From Patescibacteria group bacterium (GTDB taxonomy: Bacteria > Patescibacteriota > JABMPQ01), in the NCBI GenBank assembly GCA_041749335.1, contig JBGTBM010000008.1, positions 18,462 through 82,461 of the forward strand: a stretch of 64,000 nucleotides of DNA. Direction: 5' to 3'. Positions within the stretch are counted from its first letter, which is position 1, and each line of letters begins with the position of its first letter. The notes below the pieces were generated by a model that saw only the letters and a program-made list of their open reading frames with translations, ran no database searches and had not been told where the DNA came from. The position numbers were made by a program, and so were the translations under genes. Below, one piece after another: positions 10,556 through 21,469 of the stretch.

Positions 10556-11696
10556 TTTCTCCTGTTGTATTGCAAACCTCTTTTCTTAAAGCTTTTTCTT
10601 TGACTGATAAGTCTTTTTCATCTGTTTTTACTTGGCATATTTGCTTTCTTAATTTATCACGGTCTTTTTGATCCTTGATTTCAAAAATATCAGATAAAAA
10701 TACTTGAATGGCGGTAACTATCGGCACGGCCAAAATTCCGCCTAAAATTCCGGCAATTTTCGCCCCGACCAATATTGCGATTATGGTAATCAACGGATTC
10801 AGCCCGATCACTCGCTGCATTATTTTTGGAACCAAGAGGTGATTTTCCAGTTGCTGTACAACGACATAAAGCGCGATCACCAAAAGCGCCAGATAGGGCG
10901 ACTGGGTGAAAGCTAAAAATACCGCCGGAACCGCAGCCAAAATCGGACCGATATAAGGAATTATTTCCAGCAAACCTCCCAGGATGGCAATCACCAAGGC
11001 GTATTTTACTCCCAAGATGGTTAAGCCGATATAATATAAAATTCCCACCACTAATCCTAAAAGCAGCTGCCCCCTAAGCCAGCGGCCAATCTGAATCTGG
11101 ATGCGGCTGACTAAATCATCAGCGTAAACTCGATGCTTTAGAGGCACCAATGATTTAATAAATTTTTTTAAGCTATTTTCTTCCACGGTAAAATAAAATG
11201 CCAGCACCACTACGATCATTGCAGAAAATATTCCGCCAAAAACTCCCGTAACTGTTTCTATTATTCCACCCGCGCGATCGCCGAATTGATTAGTAAAAGA
11301 TGTCGCCACTTCCTTTAAATTATTATAAACTCCTTCACCTACCAATCCTTCCAAACGTCCGAGTTGTTCAATCGCAATATTAAAATATTGAGGCAAGCCG
11401 ACGGCTAGTTGCTGCACCTGTTCAATAATCGGAGGAATCAATAGACTGAATATCAATGTTATTAATCCCAATAAGATGGAAAATATCGACAAAACGCTAA
11501 GCCATCTTGGAATCCGCTTTTTTTGCAACCAGTCTACCCAGGAATCAATCGCAGAGGCGATAATAACGGCAACTACCATTATCAACAATAAATCTCTAAT
11601 CAAATATAAAAATATCAGCAACAATCCAATCAGTATCGTTTTTAAAAAAGTGGCGTAAGACACGTCGAAGATTATTTTTTTAGTATTTTGTTCCAT
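10542..11696 (-). CDS. AI-2E family (PerM-like) transporter
   Basis: Multiple TM segments, IPYIGP, QQLENHLLVP.IM and GILGGILAVP motifs. Confidence 0.88.
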   Translation of the reverse strand: MEQNTKKIIFDVSYATFLKTILIGLLLIFLYLIRDLLLIMVVAVIIASAIDSWVDWLQKKRIPRWLSVLSIFSILLGLITLIFSLLIPPIIEQVQQLAVGLPQYFNIAIEQLGRLEGLVGEGVYNNLKEVATSFTNQFGDRAGGIIETVTGVFGGIFSAMIVVVLAFYFTVEENSLKKFIKSLVPLKHRVYADDLVSRIQIQIGRWLRGQLLLGLVVGILYYIGLTILGVKYALVIAILGGLLEIIPYIGPILAAVPAVFLAFTQSPYLALLVIALYVVVQQLENHLLVPKIMQRVIGLNPLITIIAILVGAKIAGILGGILAVPIVTAIQVFLSDIFEIKDQKDRDKLRKQICQVKTDEKDLSVKEKALRKEVCNTTGENVKK

Positions 11697-11714
11697 AAAT
11701 TTATATTTATTAAA

Positions 11715-12980
11715 TTATAAATTAAAATATTTACCAAATCGGCTGGCAGAATGATATGGTCCGATAATCGCTAAATTAAGTTTTCGGTTTACCATTACAT
11801 CATTGGCTACCCTGATTATATCGCTGGACTTAACTTGATCAATTAATTTGAATTTCCGATCAATGTCAATAATTTTTCCGGTTAAGATTTCTTGCAAGGA
11901 CAGCCATAATCCATAATCATCCGAACCTTCCAGCCCCATCATTGTTTTGCCTTTAATATATTCTTGGACTTTTTTCAACTCTTTTTCCGACACTCCTGTT
12001 TTTTTAATTTTGTTCAATTCGTTTAAAATAACTTGAATAGCTTTATCGATATTTTTATTATCAACTCCGGCATGCACCGCCAGATAACCCGAATCGGTAA
12101 AAAACTCAGCGTCACAGCGGATATAATAAGCCAATCCTAATTTTTCGCGAACAGAAATAAACAGCCGAGAGCTCATGCCACCGCCTAAAATAGCGGCTAA
12201 AATACTTAGGGCATATTTATCTTTGTTGTTGATATCATATCCCCGACAGCCCAGATATATATGAGATTGATCGGTCACCTTGTGATGAATTAATATTTCC
12301 GGCTTGGCTTGCTTTTCTCTCACTTGCTTTTTATCAATTATTTTCTTGCTTGCAAAACCCGAAAAATATTTACGCGCCAATTCCCGTGAAATTTCCGGCG
12401 TAATTTTTCCCGCGAGGCACACCACTAAATTATTGGCATGGTAATGATCATGATAATATTTCACAAAGTCTGCTCGCTGTATATTCTTGACAGACTTTTT
12501 ATTACCGATTATTAATCTTCCCGCTGGCTGTTTTTGATATAATAAACTCTCAAATAAATCGCCGACGTACATCATTGGGCTATCTTGATACATATTCATC
12601 TCTTCAATAATTACATTTTTTTCTCTTTCAATTTTTTCCGGTTCAAGTTTGGAATTTTTAAGAATATCTGAAATCATATCAAGGGCTCTTTCGGTATGTT
12701 TGGGAGTTACCTTGGCATAATAACCGGTATATTCTTTGGATGTAAAGGCGTTGTACTCGCCCCCCACTTCATCTAAATATTCAGAGATAGCGAGTGAAGA
12801 CGGCCTTTTTTCAGTACCTTTAAAAAACATGTGCTCCAAAAAATGAGATACGCCCGCCACCTGATCACGTTCATATTTTGATCCAACGCCAAATAATGCT
12901 AAAAGCGTTACGGTTTTGGCATCCCGTATCGGCGCAATAATGATCCGAGTTCCATTTTTATGTTTCGTTCGATAAAACAT
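11715..12980 (-). CDS. M16 (pitrilysin) family zinc peptidase
   Basis: Inverted zinc motif HFLEHMFFKGT; GGGMSSRLF..VRE..GLAY. Confidence 0.92.
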   Translation of the reverse strand: MFYRTKHKNGTRIIIAPIRDAKTVTLLALFGVGSKYERDQVAGVSHFLEHMFFKGTEKRPSSLAISEYLDEVGGEYNAFTSKEYTGYYAKVTPKHTERALDMISDILKNSKLEPEKIEREKNVIIEEMNMYQDSPMMYVGDLFESLLYQKQPAGRLIIGNKKSVKNIQRADFVKYYHDHYHANNLVVCLAGKITPEISRELARKYFSGFASKKIIDKKQVREKQAKPEILIHHKVTDQSHIYLGCRGYDINNKDKYALSILAAILGGGMSSRLFISVREKLGLAYYIRCDAEFFTDSGYLAVHAGVDNKNIDKAIQVILNELNKIKKTGVSEKELKKVQEYIKGKTMMGLEGSDDYGLWLSLQEILTGKIIDIDRKFKLIDQVKSSDIIRVANDVMVNRKLNLAIIGPYHSASRFGKYFNL

Positions 12981-12986
12981 TATTTT

Positions 12987-14342
12987 TTATAAATTATCCT
13001 TAAAATATTCTCCTAAATCCGCAATTTTTATTTTTTCTTGACGCATAGAATCTCGATCGCGCACTGTAACTATATCGTTATCCAGAGTATCAAAATCAGC
13101 CGTGATGCAATAGGGGGTCCCGATCTCGTCTTGGCGGCGGTATCTTTTGCCGATATTGCCATTGTCATCAAATTCGCAGTGATAAACCGTCTTTAATGTT
13201 TCATAGACTTCCCGCGCTTTGGCAACCAATTTGGGTTTATTTTTTAATAAGGGAAAAACCGCGATTTTAACCGGAGCGATCGCCTTGGGAAATTTCATTA
13301 CTACTCTGGTTTCTTTTTCAACCGGCTCTTCTGAATAAGCCGATGATAAGGCAGCCAAAATACTTCTGTCCAAGCCGAAGGTCGGCTCTAAAACTTGAGG
13401 AATAAATCTTTTTTTGCTTTCCTGATTAAAATATTCTAATTTTTTACCGGAATACTTTGCGTGCTGCCTTAAATCAAAATCACCCCGATGAGCCATGCCA
13501 AAAAGTTCCGCAAAACCAAAGGGGTATTTATACTCAATATCAACCGTTTTTTGGGAATAATGCGCTCTTTTTTCGTCCGAATGCTCATATCTTTTTAAAT
13601 CCGCTTTTTTTGCCCCCAAAGACAGAGCAAATTGCTCTTGCGCCTGCAGCCAATTCTCAAAAAGTTTATCCCATTTGCTTTGGGGATCAATAAAGTATTC
13701 CAATTCCATTATTTCAAATTCCCTCAACCGAAAAATAAAGTTGCCTGCCACGATCTCATTTCTAAAGGCCTTGCCGATCTGCGCAATGCCAAATGGTATT
13801 TTTACCCGCATGGCATCAACCATATTTTGGAATTCAATAAAGATTGAGCCCGCAGTTTCCGGCCGCAAATAGATGTCTTCCTCATAGCCGTTCATTTGGG
13901 TCTTAAACATCATGTTGAAATTCCTCGCTTCAGTCCAATCGGATGCGCCGCACTCCGGACATTTAATTTCACTTTTAATTATTTTAGTCATTCCCGAAAG
14001 ATTGCCTTCCAAATCTTTACCGGTCGCTTCTTCAACCAAATGATCGGCTCGAAAGCGCTTTTTGCATTTTTTGCAATCTACCATAGCATCATTGAAACTT
14101 TCGGCATGTCCTGAAGCCTCCCACGCCTTAGGATGTATTAATATTGGCCCATCAATTCCAATAATATCGTCCCGATTATGAACAAAAGTTTTCCACCACA
14201 GATTTTTAATATTATTTTTAAGCTCTACTCCATAGGGCCCATAGCCATAAGAATTAGCAAAACCGCCATAGATGTCTGAAGCCGGATAAACAAACCCCCG
14301 CCTTTTACACAAAGCGACAATTTTTTCCATTAAGCTTGCCAT
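12987..14342 (-). CDS. glyQS: Glycine--tRNA ligase, alpha2 type
   Basis: KRRGFVYP, LRPETA, GKAFRNEI, FRLREFE, EPTFGLDR; anticodon domain GKRYRRQDEIGTP. Confidence 0.96.
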   Translation of the reverse strand: MASLMEKIVALCKRRGFVYPASDIYGGFANSYGYGPYGVELKNNIKNLWWKTFVHNRDDIIGIDGPILIHPKAWEASGHAESFNDAMVDCKKCKKRFRADHLVEEATGKDLEGNLSGMTKIIKSEIKCPECGASDWTEARNFNMMFKTQMNGYEEDIYLRPETAGSIFIEFQNMVDAMRVKIPFGIAQIGKAFRNEIVAGNFIFRLREFEIMELEYFIDPQSKWDKLFENWLQAQEQFALSLGAKKADLKRYEHSDEKRAHYSQKTVDIEYKYPFGFAELFGMAHRGDFDLRQHAKYSGKKLEYFNQESKKRFIPQVLEPTFGLDRSILAALSSAYSEEPVEKETRVVMKFPKAIAPVKIAVFPLLKNKPKLVAKAREVYETLKTVYHCEFDDNGNIGKRYRRQDEIGTPYCITADFDTLDNDIVTVRDRDSMRQEKIKIADLGEYFKDNL

Positions 14343-14456
14343 TGATAATATTTTTAATTAATTAAAAATTATTTTAAATTATATCATAATGCTTTTATCT
14401 TATAAATACCTTTATCAATAAAAAAAGCGACTTTTGATCGCTTTATAAAGTTCAAT

Positions 14457-16043
14457 TTAGTCGCCCATATTAAGTACGGTTTGCTCGTAATGAGCGGCGC
14501 GGCGAGACAGAAAATTCCATTCGCCGCTATATTTTTCCGCCCGACTCGCTTTATACCGGTACAATTTTCCCAAGAGGCGAAAAACGGATTTGATAATTTT
14601 TTTAACCTCTTTTCTAAATTTCCAATCTCTATTTACCCAGTATTCTTTTTCAATCTTGTGTGCCAAATCATACGCCTGTTCATATTGCCCCTGTTCGTGC
14701 AAAATCCAGGCGCGGCGCATTAAGCACAAAGCCAGTTGCGCATGGCTATCTCTGATTTGCGGAGCGGCTTCTACACAGCTAATCTGAGCGCTGTGGAATG
14801 CATCGGGCATAGCTTTTTCCCCGGGCTTTGAGGCAGCATCTACTGTCTTTGGCAGTTTGTTGCCGCCAATGCCCGTCCGGTTAAATCTTATTTCTTGCCT
14901 TTGCCCACTTAAAATTAACACAGCAGAAACGGCCAGCGCGACCAGTAGAAAAAGCGCTATAAAAAGCGAATCTCTCTGCTTTATCACTTTCGGTGGTTCG
15001 GCTTGCTTTAATGTGTCGGCTTTGTTTTCCGCTGCGGCTAAAGCTCGTGCTACAACATTGCCATCAACCACTTCTACCACACTCTCCACTGTCGGAATAT
15101 CGCATTGATTCCGCTTTTTGGTCAGCAGGCTGACACGCCCGATCAGATAATGATCCGATTGCTCCAAGGATAAATCCAACGCCCCCACAATTTGATCCAT
15201 AAAAGGATAACGCTCTTCAATCTTGAATTTTAGGCACCTTTTGATGATCGGTGCCACATGCGGTGGGATAGCTTCTTCCTCAATTCGACTGATGACAAAT
15301 TCTTCGTTTCGCATCAATTGATATTGAGCATCAAGTTCTTCAGCGTGCCCGGTGAAAATTGACAAACCGGTATATGCCTCAAAAAGTATCAGCCCCAGGG
15401 CATAAATATCGGTTCGATTATCAATTTCTTTACCGGGAATAATCTGCTCCGGTGCCATATAACCCGGTGTCCCAATCGCTAACCCAACCCTGGTTTTGCG
15501 CGGACTTCCCTGAGGATGGCAAATGCCAAAATCAATGATTTTAGCCAGATTTCCACGACTGGAATTAATAATAATGATATTATCTGGCTTCAAATCGCGA
15601 TGGCATACGCCCTTGCGATGAACATGAGACATAGCTACAGCAACATCTCGCATAATTCGCAGATTCTCTGAAATTTTATAATCATCCGGTCTTACGACTT
15701 TATCGCCTGCTTCTCTGCCAAAAACATTGTCCAGATACCGGTTGAAAGCCAAACCGTTCAAATATTCCATGATCATAGCCAAGGTATTGTTCTCATCCAC
15801 CCATTGTAATATTCTCACTACACCTTCATGTTCAACTTGAGTCAAAGCTCCCGCTTCTCGACGAAAACGCTCACGGAAGCCGGGATCATGCTGATAATAT
15901 GGGTTAATCACCTTAACCGCCGCAATTCCTCCCAGCTCATTTCTGCCCTTAAATACTCTGGCCATCCCCCCTTCGCCGATTTGGTTTAGAATCTTATATC
16001 CCGCAATTTCTCGCGGCACAGCAGCCGATAAAGTTTTTGACAT
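14457..16043 (-). CDS. Hanks-type Ser/Thr protein kinase with a TM segment and helical (TPR-like) C-terminal domain
   Basis: GEGGMARV, AVK, HRDLKPDN, DFG, GTPGYMAPE; TM LFIALFLLVALAVSAVLIL. Probable start ATG 16043 after GGAG. Confidence 0.9.
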   Translation of the reverse strand: MSKTLSAAVPREIAGYKILNQIGEGGMARVFKGRNELGGIAAVKVINPYYQHDPGFRERFRREAGALTQVEHEGVVRILQWVDENNTLAMIMEYLNGLAFNRYLDNVFGREAGDKVVRPDDYKISENLRIMRDVAVAMSHVHRKGVCHRDLKPDNIIIINSSRGNLAKIIDFGICHPQGSPRKTRVGLAIGTPGYMAPEQIIPGKEIDNRTDIYALGLILFEAYTGLSIFTGHAEELDAQYQLMRNEEFVISRIEEEAIPPHVAPIIKRCLKFKIEERYPFMDQIVGALDLSLEQSDHYLIGRVSLLTKKRNQCDIPTVESVVEVVDGNVVARALAAAENKADTLKQAEPPKVIKQRDSLFIALFLLVALAVSAVLILSGQRQEIRFNRTGIGGNKLPKTVDAASKPGEKAMPDAFHSAQISCVEAAPQIRDSHAQLALCLMRRAWILHEQGQYEQAYDLAHKIEKEYWVNRDWKFRKEVKKIIKSVFRLLGKLYRYKASRAEKYSGEWNFLSRRAAHYEQTVLNMGD

Positions 16044-16086
16044 CTTTTGCTCCACTTTTGTGTTGTTTTCAATGAACGATCAAAAT

Positions 16087-16115
16087 ACTATAATATATTG
16101 TTATCTTGTTGTCAA
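16087..16115 (-). promoter_or_regulatory. Sigma70-type promoter of the kinase gene
   Basis: TTGACA-17bp-TATAGT. Confidence 0.75.
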
Positions 16116-16181
16116 TCTTTTTTGGTAATGTGCACACACATTTTGCACTGTCTGCTATCCTCAACACGCTATGACAAAATC

Positions 16182-16277
16182 ATAAAAATTTAATCTCTGA
16201 ACCTAGTCAAAGGGTTAAATTTTTATAGCCTTCGACAGGCTCAGGCAATAATTTAATTTTACGTTACTGTAAATTCA
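16182..16277. repeat. Palindromic repeat family A (CTGAxCCTGTCGAAGG...CCTTCGACAGGCTCAG), copy 1
   Basis: Clearly homologous to 58802-58900; degenerate or partial copies at ~16343-16410, 18261-18325 and 61631-61697. Confidence 0.8.
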
Positions 16278-16436
16278 GGTGATTTGTCGCCAATATTTGT
16301 AATGTTATTATTTTATTTCTTTATCCAAGTTAATTAACTAAATAATAAAATTTAATCCCCGGACCGTAGAAGAGTTAAAGTTTACATAGCCTTCAACTGC
16401 GCTCAAACTATAAAATAGTTATACTAAATTTCCTAG

Positions 16437-16595
16437 TCCTCCTCCCCTCAGATGAGGGGAGGTGTTCCGATGTTACATCGGAACAGAGGGGTGCTGAAAA
16501 GATCTACGCCACCTTTTTAATTTTTTCCAAAGAAAAATGAACTGATTAATCTAACAAAGCAGGTTGAGAACCTGTCCTACTTTCTTCATTCTTCA
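16437..16595. repeat. ~160-bp intergenic repeat family B (double hairpin CCTCCCCTCA..TGAGGGGAGG / GTTCCGATG..CATCGGAAC), copy 1
   Basis: Highly similar copies at 18328-18487 and 61700-61876. Confidence 0.9.
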
Positions 16596-16804
16596 TCCTC
16601 CTATTTTATTTGTTTGTATCTTGTATCTTTTTTTGTTTCTTGTCATATTGTATCTCGTTTATTTTTTCCAAAAACAAGATAAAATTCTGCCCCACTTTAT
16701 TCATTATTCTTTATTCATTATTCAATTGCTCTAAATGTTTAGATAAAAAAACACCCCGCTTAATAACGAGGTATTTTGAATCAGTTTAATCTGTAAATCC
16801 TTGC

Positions 16805-18064
16805 TTATTTCTTTTTCTTTTTCTTTAAGAAGGCCGCGATGCCCACTACCAAACCTAAAGATAATACCGCAATTACAACTTTCCAGATGGTATTGCCGGG
16901 CAGTTCGGGGATAATTTCCTCTTCTTGTGGTTCAAGCTGTGCAAATGTAAAATTACTTCCAGAAGTATTTACAGCTTGCCTTAAATAATCATTACCACCT
17001 GCATTCTCTTCATAAATCACTACTGCACGGCTAGAAGAATCTGCATCAACAGAAACTAATCCATAGGTCGATCCAGAACTTTGGTCTACAGTAATATCAG
17101 CCAATACCGCACCGGTTTCATTCGTTTTAATCAATTCAACCTGAGGCGCTGAAGCTCCATCTGCATTTGAAAATGCTATTGCGGGACCGGTAGAAATAGA
17201 GGTAGCTTCTAAATCACCAACATTATCAGATAACGACTTGACTGTAGCTGCAGTAGCATATGTTGTTGCAGAATTAGCTGTAAATTGTAATAAATCCTTA
17301 TTTGTAGTTTCTTGGATAACTATAACGGGAAGATTATAGGTACTATCTTGCATTGCTATATCCATTTTGACTGGCATATCGGTAGTAGAAATTGTAATAA
17401 CATTAGTAGGTAAACCCGTCAGGTTATCATAGCCTAATTCAAAATTTCCTGTAACAGAGTCCTTCCCTATAAAATATGTATACGCTCTAGTAGGATCTTG
17501 CCAAGCCACTACTCCCGGATCTTTATATAACATATCTCCAGTAAGATAGTTTAGCTGAATACCTGTTCCATCATTCTTTATAGTTAATACTCTCACAGCT
17601 CCTGAAGTTCCTGCAGATGCACAATCAATGTATACTATTCTTGGATAAACCTCTCCTGGAGCAGTATATTCTGTCACAGCCCAAGCTGGACGATCTGTAA
17701 TTAAGGTTGGAGCATACGATACTATAGAAGTATCTAAATCCAAAGTTGCCAATCTTATATATGGGATTGTTCCAAGAATATTTTTATTTACATAATATAT
17801 TGCCAATTTATTGACACCCGAAAGTTTATGAACTGCTCTTACTTGTGTATAAGGCTGGCTGATGATGTTATCATAGAATGTAATTGTACCAGAAACATTA
17901 GTAATACAATCAATAGGATTATTCTCTCCAGCACGATTAAAACAAGTGTATGTGTCATTTCCCGATACGTCAGAAGCCATATATGTATAATCTGCTGCGC
18001 TCACACTGCCCGCCACGGCAAACATTGCCGCGAAAGCAAACAATGCAATGATTAGTTTTTTCAT
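16805..18064 (-). CDS. Secreted surface protein with a PELP C-terminal anchor (paralog 1)
   Basis: Signal peptide MKKLIIALFAFAAMFAVAGSVSA; beta-rich T/S/D/Y passenger; C-terminus IPELPGNTIWK + TM + KKKKKK. Confidence 0.85.
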   Translation of the reverse strand: MKKLIIALFAFAAMFAVAGSVSAADYTYMASDVSGNDTYTCFNRAGENNPIDCITNVSGTITFYDNIISQPYTQVRAVHKLSGVNKLAIYYVNKNILGTIPYIRLATLDLDTSIVSYAPTLITDRPAWAVTEYTAPGEVYPRIVYIDCASAGTSGAVRVLTIKNDGTGIQLNYLTGDMLYKDPGVVAWQDPTRAYTYFIGKDSVTGNFELGYDNLTGLPTNVITISTTDMPVKMDIAMQDSTYNLPVIVIQETTNKDLLQFTANSATTYATAATVKSLSDNVGDLEATSISTGPAIAFSNADGASAPQVELIKTNETGAVLADITVDQSSGSTYGLVSVDADSSSRAVVIYEENAGGNDYLRQAVNTSGSNFTFAQLEPQEEEIIPELPGNTIWKVVIAVLSLGLVVGIAAFLKKKKKK

Positions 18065-18102
18065 TATTTTTTAATTAATTATTATTTTTATAATCTTTAT
18101 AT

Positions 18103-18150
18103 AGTTTACCCCCCCCCCCGACTGCCTTTGTCAAAGCGAGGTGTGGATAA
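18103..18150 (-). promoter_or_regulatory. Promoter with G11 tract in the -35/-10 spacer and an upstream DnaA box
   Basis: TTGACA (18134-18129), 20-bp spacer including G11 (18109-18119), TAAACT (18108-18103); TTATCCACA at 18150-18142. Confidence 0.7.
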
Positions 18151-18184
18151 GATTATTATTCAATTTACATTTAATGCCTTTACC

Positions 18185-18213
18185 GTAGGGACAGAACAGT
18201 GTTCTGTCCCTAC
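18185..18213. repeat. GTAG-type REP-like palindrome
   Basis: GTAGGGACAGAAC-agt-GTTCTGTCCCTAC, a perfect 13-bp inverted repeat. Confidence 0.85.
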
Positions 18214-18327
18214 AAAAAAATAATCCCTTAGCATGATCGAATGATAATTTTTTTGTCTAATCTTCGACCCGTCTGTCATAGCCTGGCATTGGCGGGCAGG
18301 CAGGCTCAGACAATATTTCTTACGTAA

Positions 18328-18487
18328 TCCTCCTCCTCTCAGATGAGGGGAGGTGTTCCGATGTTACATCGGGACAGAGGGGTGCTGAAAAGATCTACAC
18401 CACTTTTTTAATTTTTTTCCAAAGAAAAATAAACTTATTAATCTAAAAAGGCAGGTTGAGAACCTGTCCTACTTTCTTCATTCTTCA
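18328..18487. repeat. Repeat family B, copy 2
   Basis: Aligns with 16437-16595; homology with the 61.7-61.9 kb copy extends over ~18305-18547. Confidence 0.9.
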
Positions 18488-18519
18488 AAAATTAAACAAG
18501 CGTTGATTTTTTTATTAGC

Positions 18520-18547
18520 GTAGGGACAACTCGCGAGTTGTCCCTAC
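18520..18547. repeat. GTAG-type REP-like perfect palindrome
   Basis: GTAGGGACAACTCGCGAGTTGTCCCTAC; diverged copies at 60096-60123 and 61909-61936. Confidence 0.85.
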
Positions 18548-18572
18548 TGTTAAAATATATTTTAAATAGTCC

Positions 18573-19661
<1,089 letters not shown>

Positions 19662-21452
19662 TTAGTTGGATACTTCGTCTTTACCTTCCGCCAAAAAATC
19701 TTTCGTTAAGCTGGTATTAAGGCCGGCTTCGGTAAATTCAATTTTGTTATTGGTATAGCTATCCATGCCGATAAATTTGATCTCTTTAAGCAGATCCGGA
19801 GTTTTTCCTACATCTTCCGCCCGCGGAGTAATAAACAAATCAAATTCGGCCTGCATATGATTGGCAAATTGCCCGGTATTCGCGGGAATATTTCCAATTT
19901 CCCAGATAACTTTACCGCCTTCAAATTTTAAATCGCCGACAGAAACGCTAATTTTATTCTCCCATTTGGCCAATTCTCCTAAAATAATTTCCACTCGGCC
20001 GTTTTCCACATCATTGGTGCGATTAGCTAAAGTTATGTATATACGGTAGGTGGTTTTTTCGCCCACTTTGGGAGGCAAAGGTCCGGAACCGATTTGTTTT
20101 CCCTGGAAATCATAATATCTGGCTTCCGCCGCTAATGTGATCTGGGTATTTATTTTGGTTGAAATTTCATTGCCTTCAATCACCACTTCTTCATCGCCCG
20201 TTCCTCTTTTGGCCACATGCAAAGGTTTAGCCTTGATGTTGAAATTAGCATCTTCAATATTATCCACTATAATCGGATCAATAATTTTAATCTTGAAAAC
20301 AAAAGCCCCTTCTTGGCCCGGTTCAATGCTTTTTAATTTCTCTATTTTTTCAAAAGACCAAACCGCTTTATTTTCAATTAAATCTCCCTGATCCGTCACA
20401 ATACTGCCTGTATCTAATAAATCAATATGATCCAGTTCCAAGGTTAAAATATTATTTTTCAATGTTTCCGAACCGGTATTTTTATAAAATAATGTATATT
20501 CCAGCATATCGCCAGGATTTTTTGAAGTTTCCTCTACGCCGTTAACCAGTAGCTTTAAATCTCCGGAAATATCGACAGTTTTTACTTTTTTAATCTCTTC
20601 TCCCTGCAAGTAAAATTTGTTATGAGCATCAAATAGCCCGTATCTGGCTTTAAATTCCAACTCATCCCCGGTTTGGCTTGAAATTTTACCCGTAATCTTA
20701 ACTTCCTCGCTTTTACCGGATACTATTTTGGGAAAATCCCAATAATAGCTGGATTTATAATTTGGCGCCGCCGTGATCAATTCAAAATTATTTGGCAGCA
20801 GGGCCTCAATTCTAATATTATTGACATCAAAATCTGTATTGTTTTTAGCCTTAATAATATATTCAAAGTCTTTGTCGTTTTGAACCGTATCCGCAATATT
20901 TATTTCCAAATCAATATCGACGGGATTAATTTTAGTAGATAAATCAACTGTTTGATTAAAATTTGAGCTGACATTCCTGGGTTTATAAATTAAATTCGCC
21001 GCAGTGACAAGCGATGCCCCCACCTCGCCATAGATATCTCCCTTAATTATAACTGACTCGCTTTCACCCGCCCGCAAAAGATCAAATTCCCACTTATTGT
21101 CATTAAAGCTTTTTGATTTAGGATCGCTGCTTTTGAAGATAAAACCGTCGGGATAAATTATACTGATTTCAAGATTTTCCAGATCAATATTTTCGTTATT
21201 TGTGTATTTGATTTCAAAAGTTGCCGTTTCGCCCGCCGTCAATTCGCTCGGTCCGCTGATATCAAAATAGACATTTTCACCGGTGAAAGACTGTTCTTTT
21301 ATTAGAAAAAGCCAAAGCAAAAAAGCGGTCAATAAGCCAATTAAAACTATAACTGCGGTGATAATCAAAATCTTTTTTCTTAATTTATTTTTTTTAATCA
21401 TTACCTGTTCTTGATTTTCAATTTTATTTTCTTCGGTTTTTTCTTCCTGCAT
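19662..21452 (-). CDS. Membrane-anchored protein with tandem DUF11/Ig-like domains
   Basis: N-terminal TM, then repeated beta-sandwich motifs (GETATFEIKYTN, PGDMLEYTLFYKNTG, WEIGNIPA). Confidence 0.7.
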   Translation of the reverse strand: MQEEKTEENKIENQEQVMIKKNKLRKKILIITAVIVLIGLLTAFLLWLFLIKEQSFTGENVYFDISGPSELTAGETATFEIKYTNNENIDLENLEISIIYPDGFIFKSSDPKSKSFNDNKWEFDLLRAGESESVIIKGDIYGEVGASLVTAANLIYKPRNVSSNFNQTVDLSTKINPVDIDLEINIADTVQNDKDFEYIIKAKNNTDFDVNNIRIEALLPNNFELITAAPNYKSSYYWDFPKIVSGKSEEVKITGKISSQTGDELEFKARYGLFDAHNKFYLQGEEIKKVKTVDISGDLKLLVNGVEETSKNPGDMLEYTLFYKNTGSETLKNNILTLELDHIDLLDTGSIVTDQGDLIENKAVWSFEKIEKLKSIEPGQEGAFVFKIKIIDPIIVDNIEDANFNIKAKPLHVAKRGTGDEEVVIEGNEISTKINTQITLAAEARYYDFQGKQIGSGPLPPKVGEKTTYRIYITLANRTNDVENGRVEIILGELAKWENKISVSVGDLKFEGGKVIWEIGNIPANTGQFANHMQAEFDLFITPRAEDVGKTPDLLKEIKFIGMDSYTNNKIEFTEAGLNTSLTKDFLAEGKDEVSN

Positions 21453-21469
21453 ATTTATTATTATTTATT

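Noticed and set aside
16182-18547. CRISPR array
   Set aside because: The repeats are long, dispersed and palindromic, without regular unique spacers; no cas genes are in the window.
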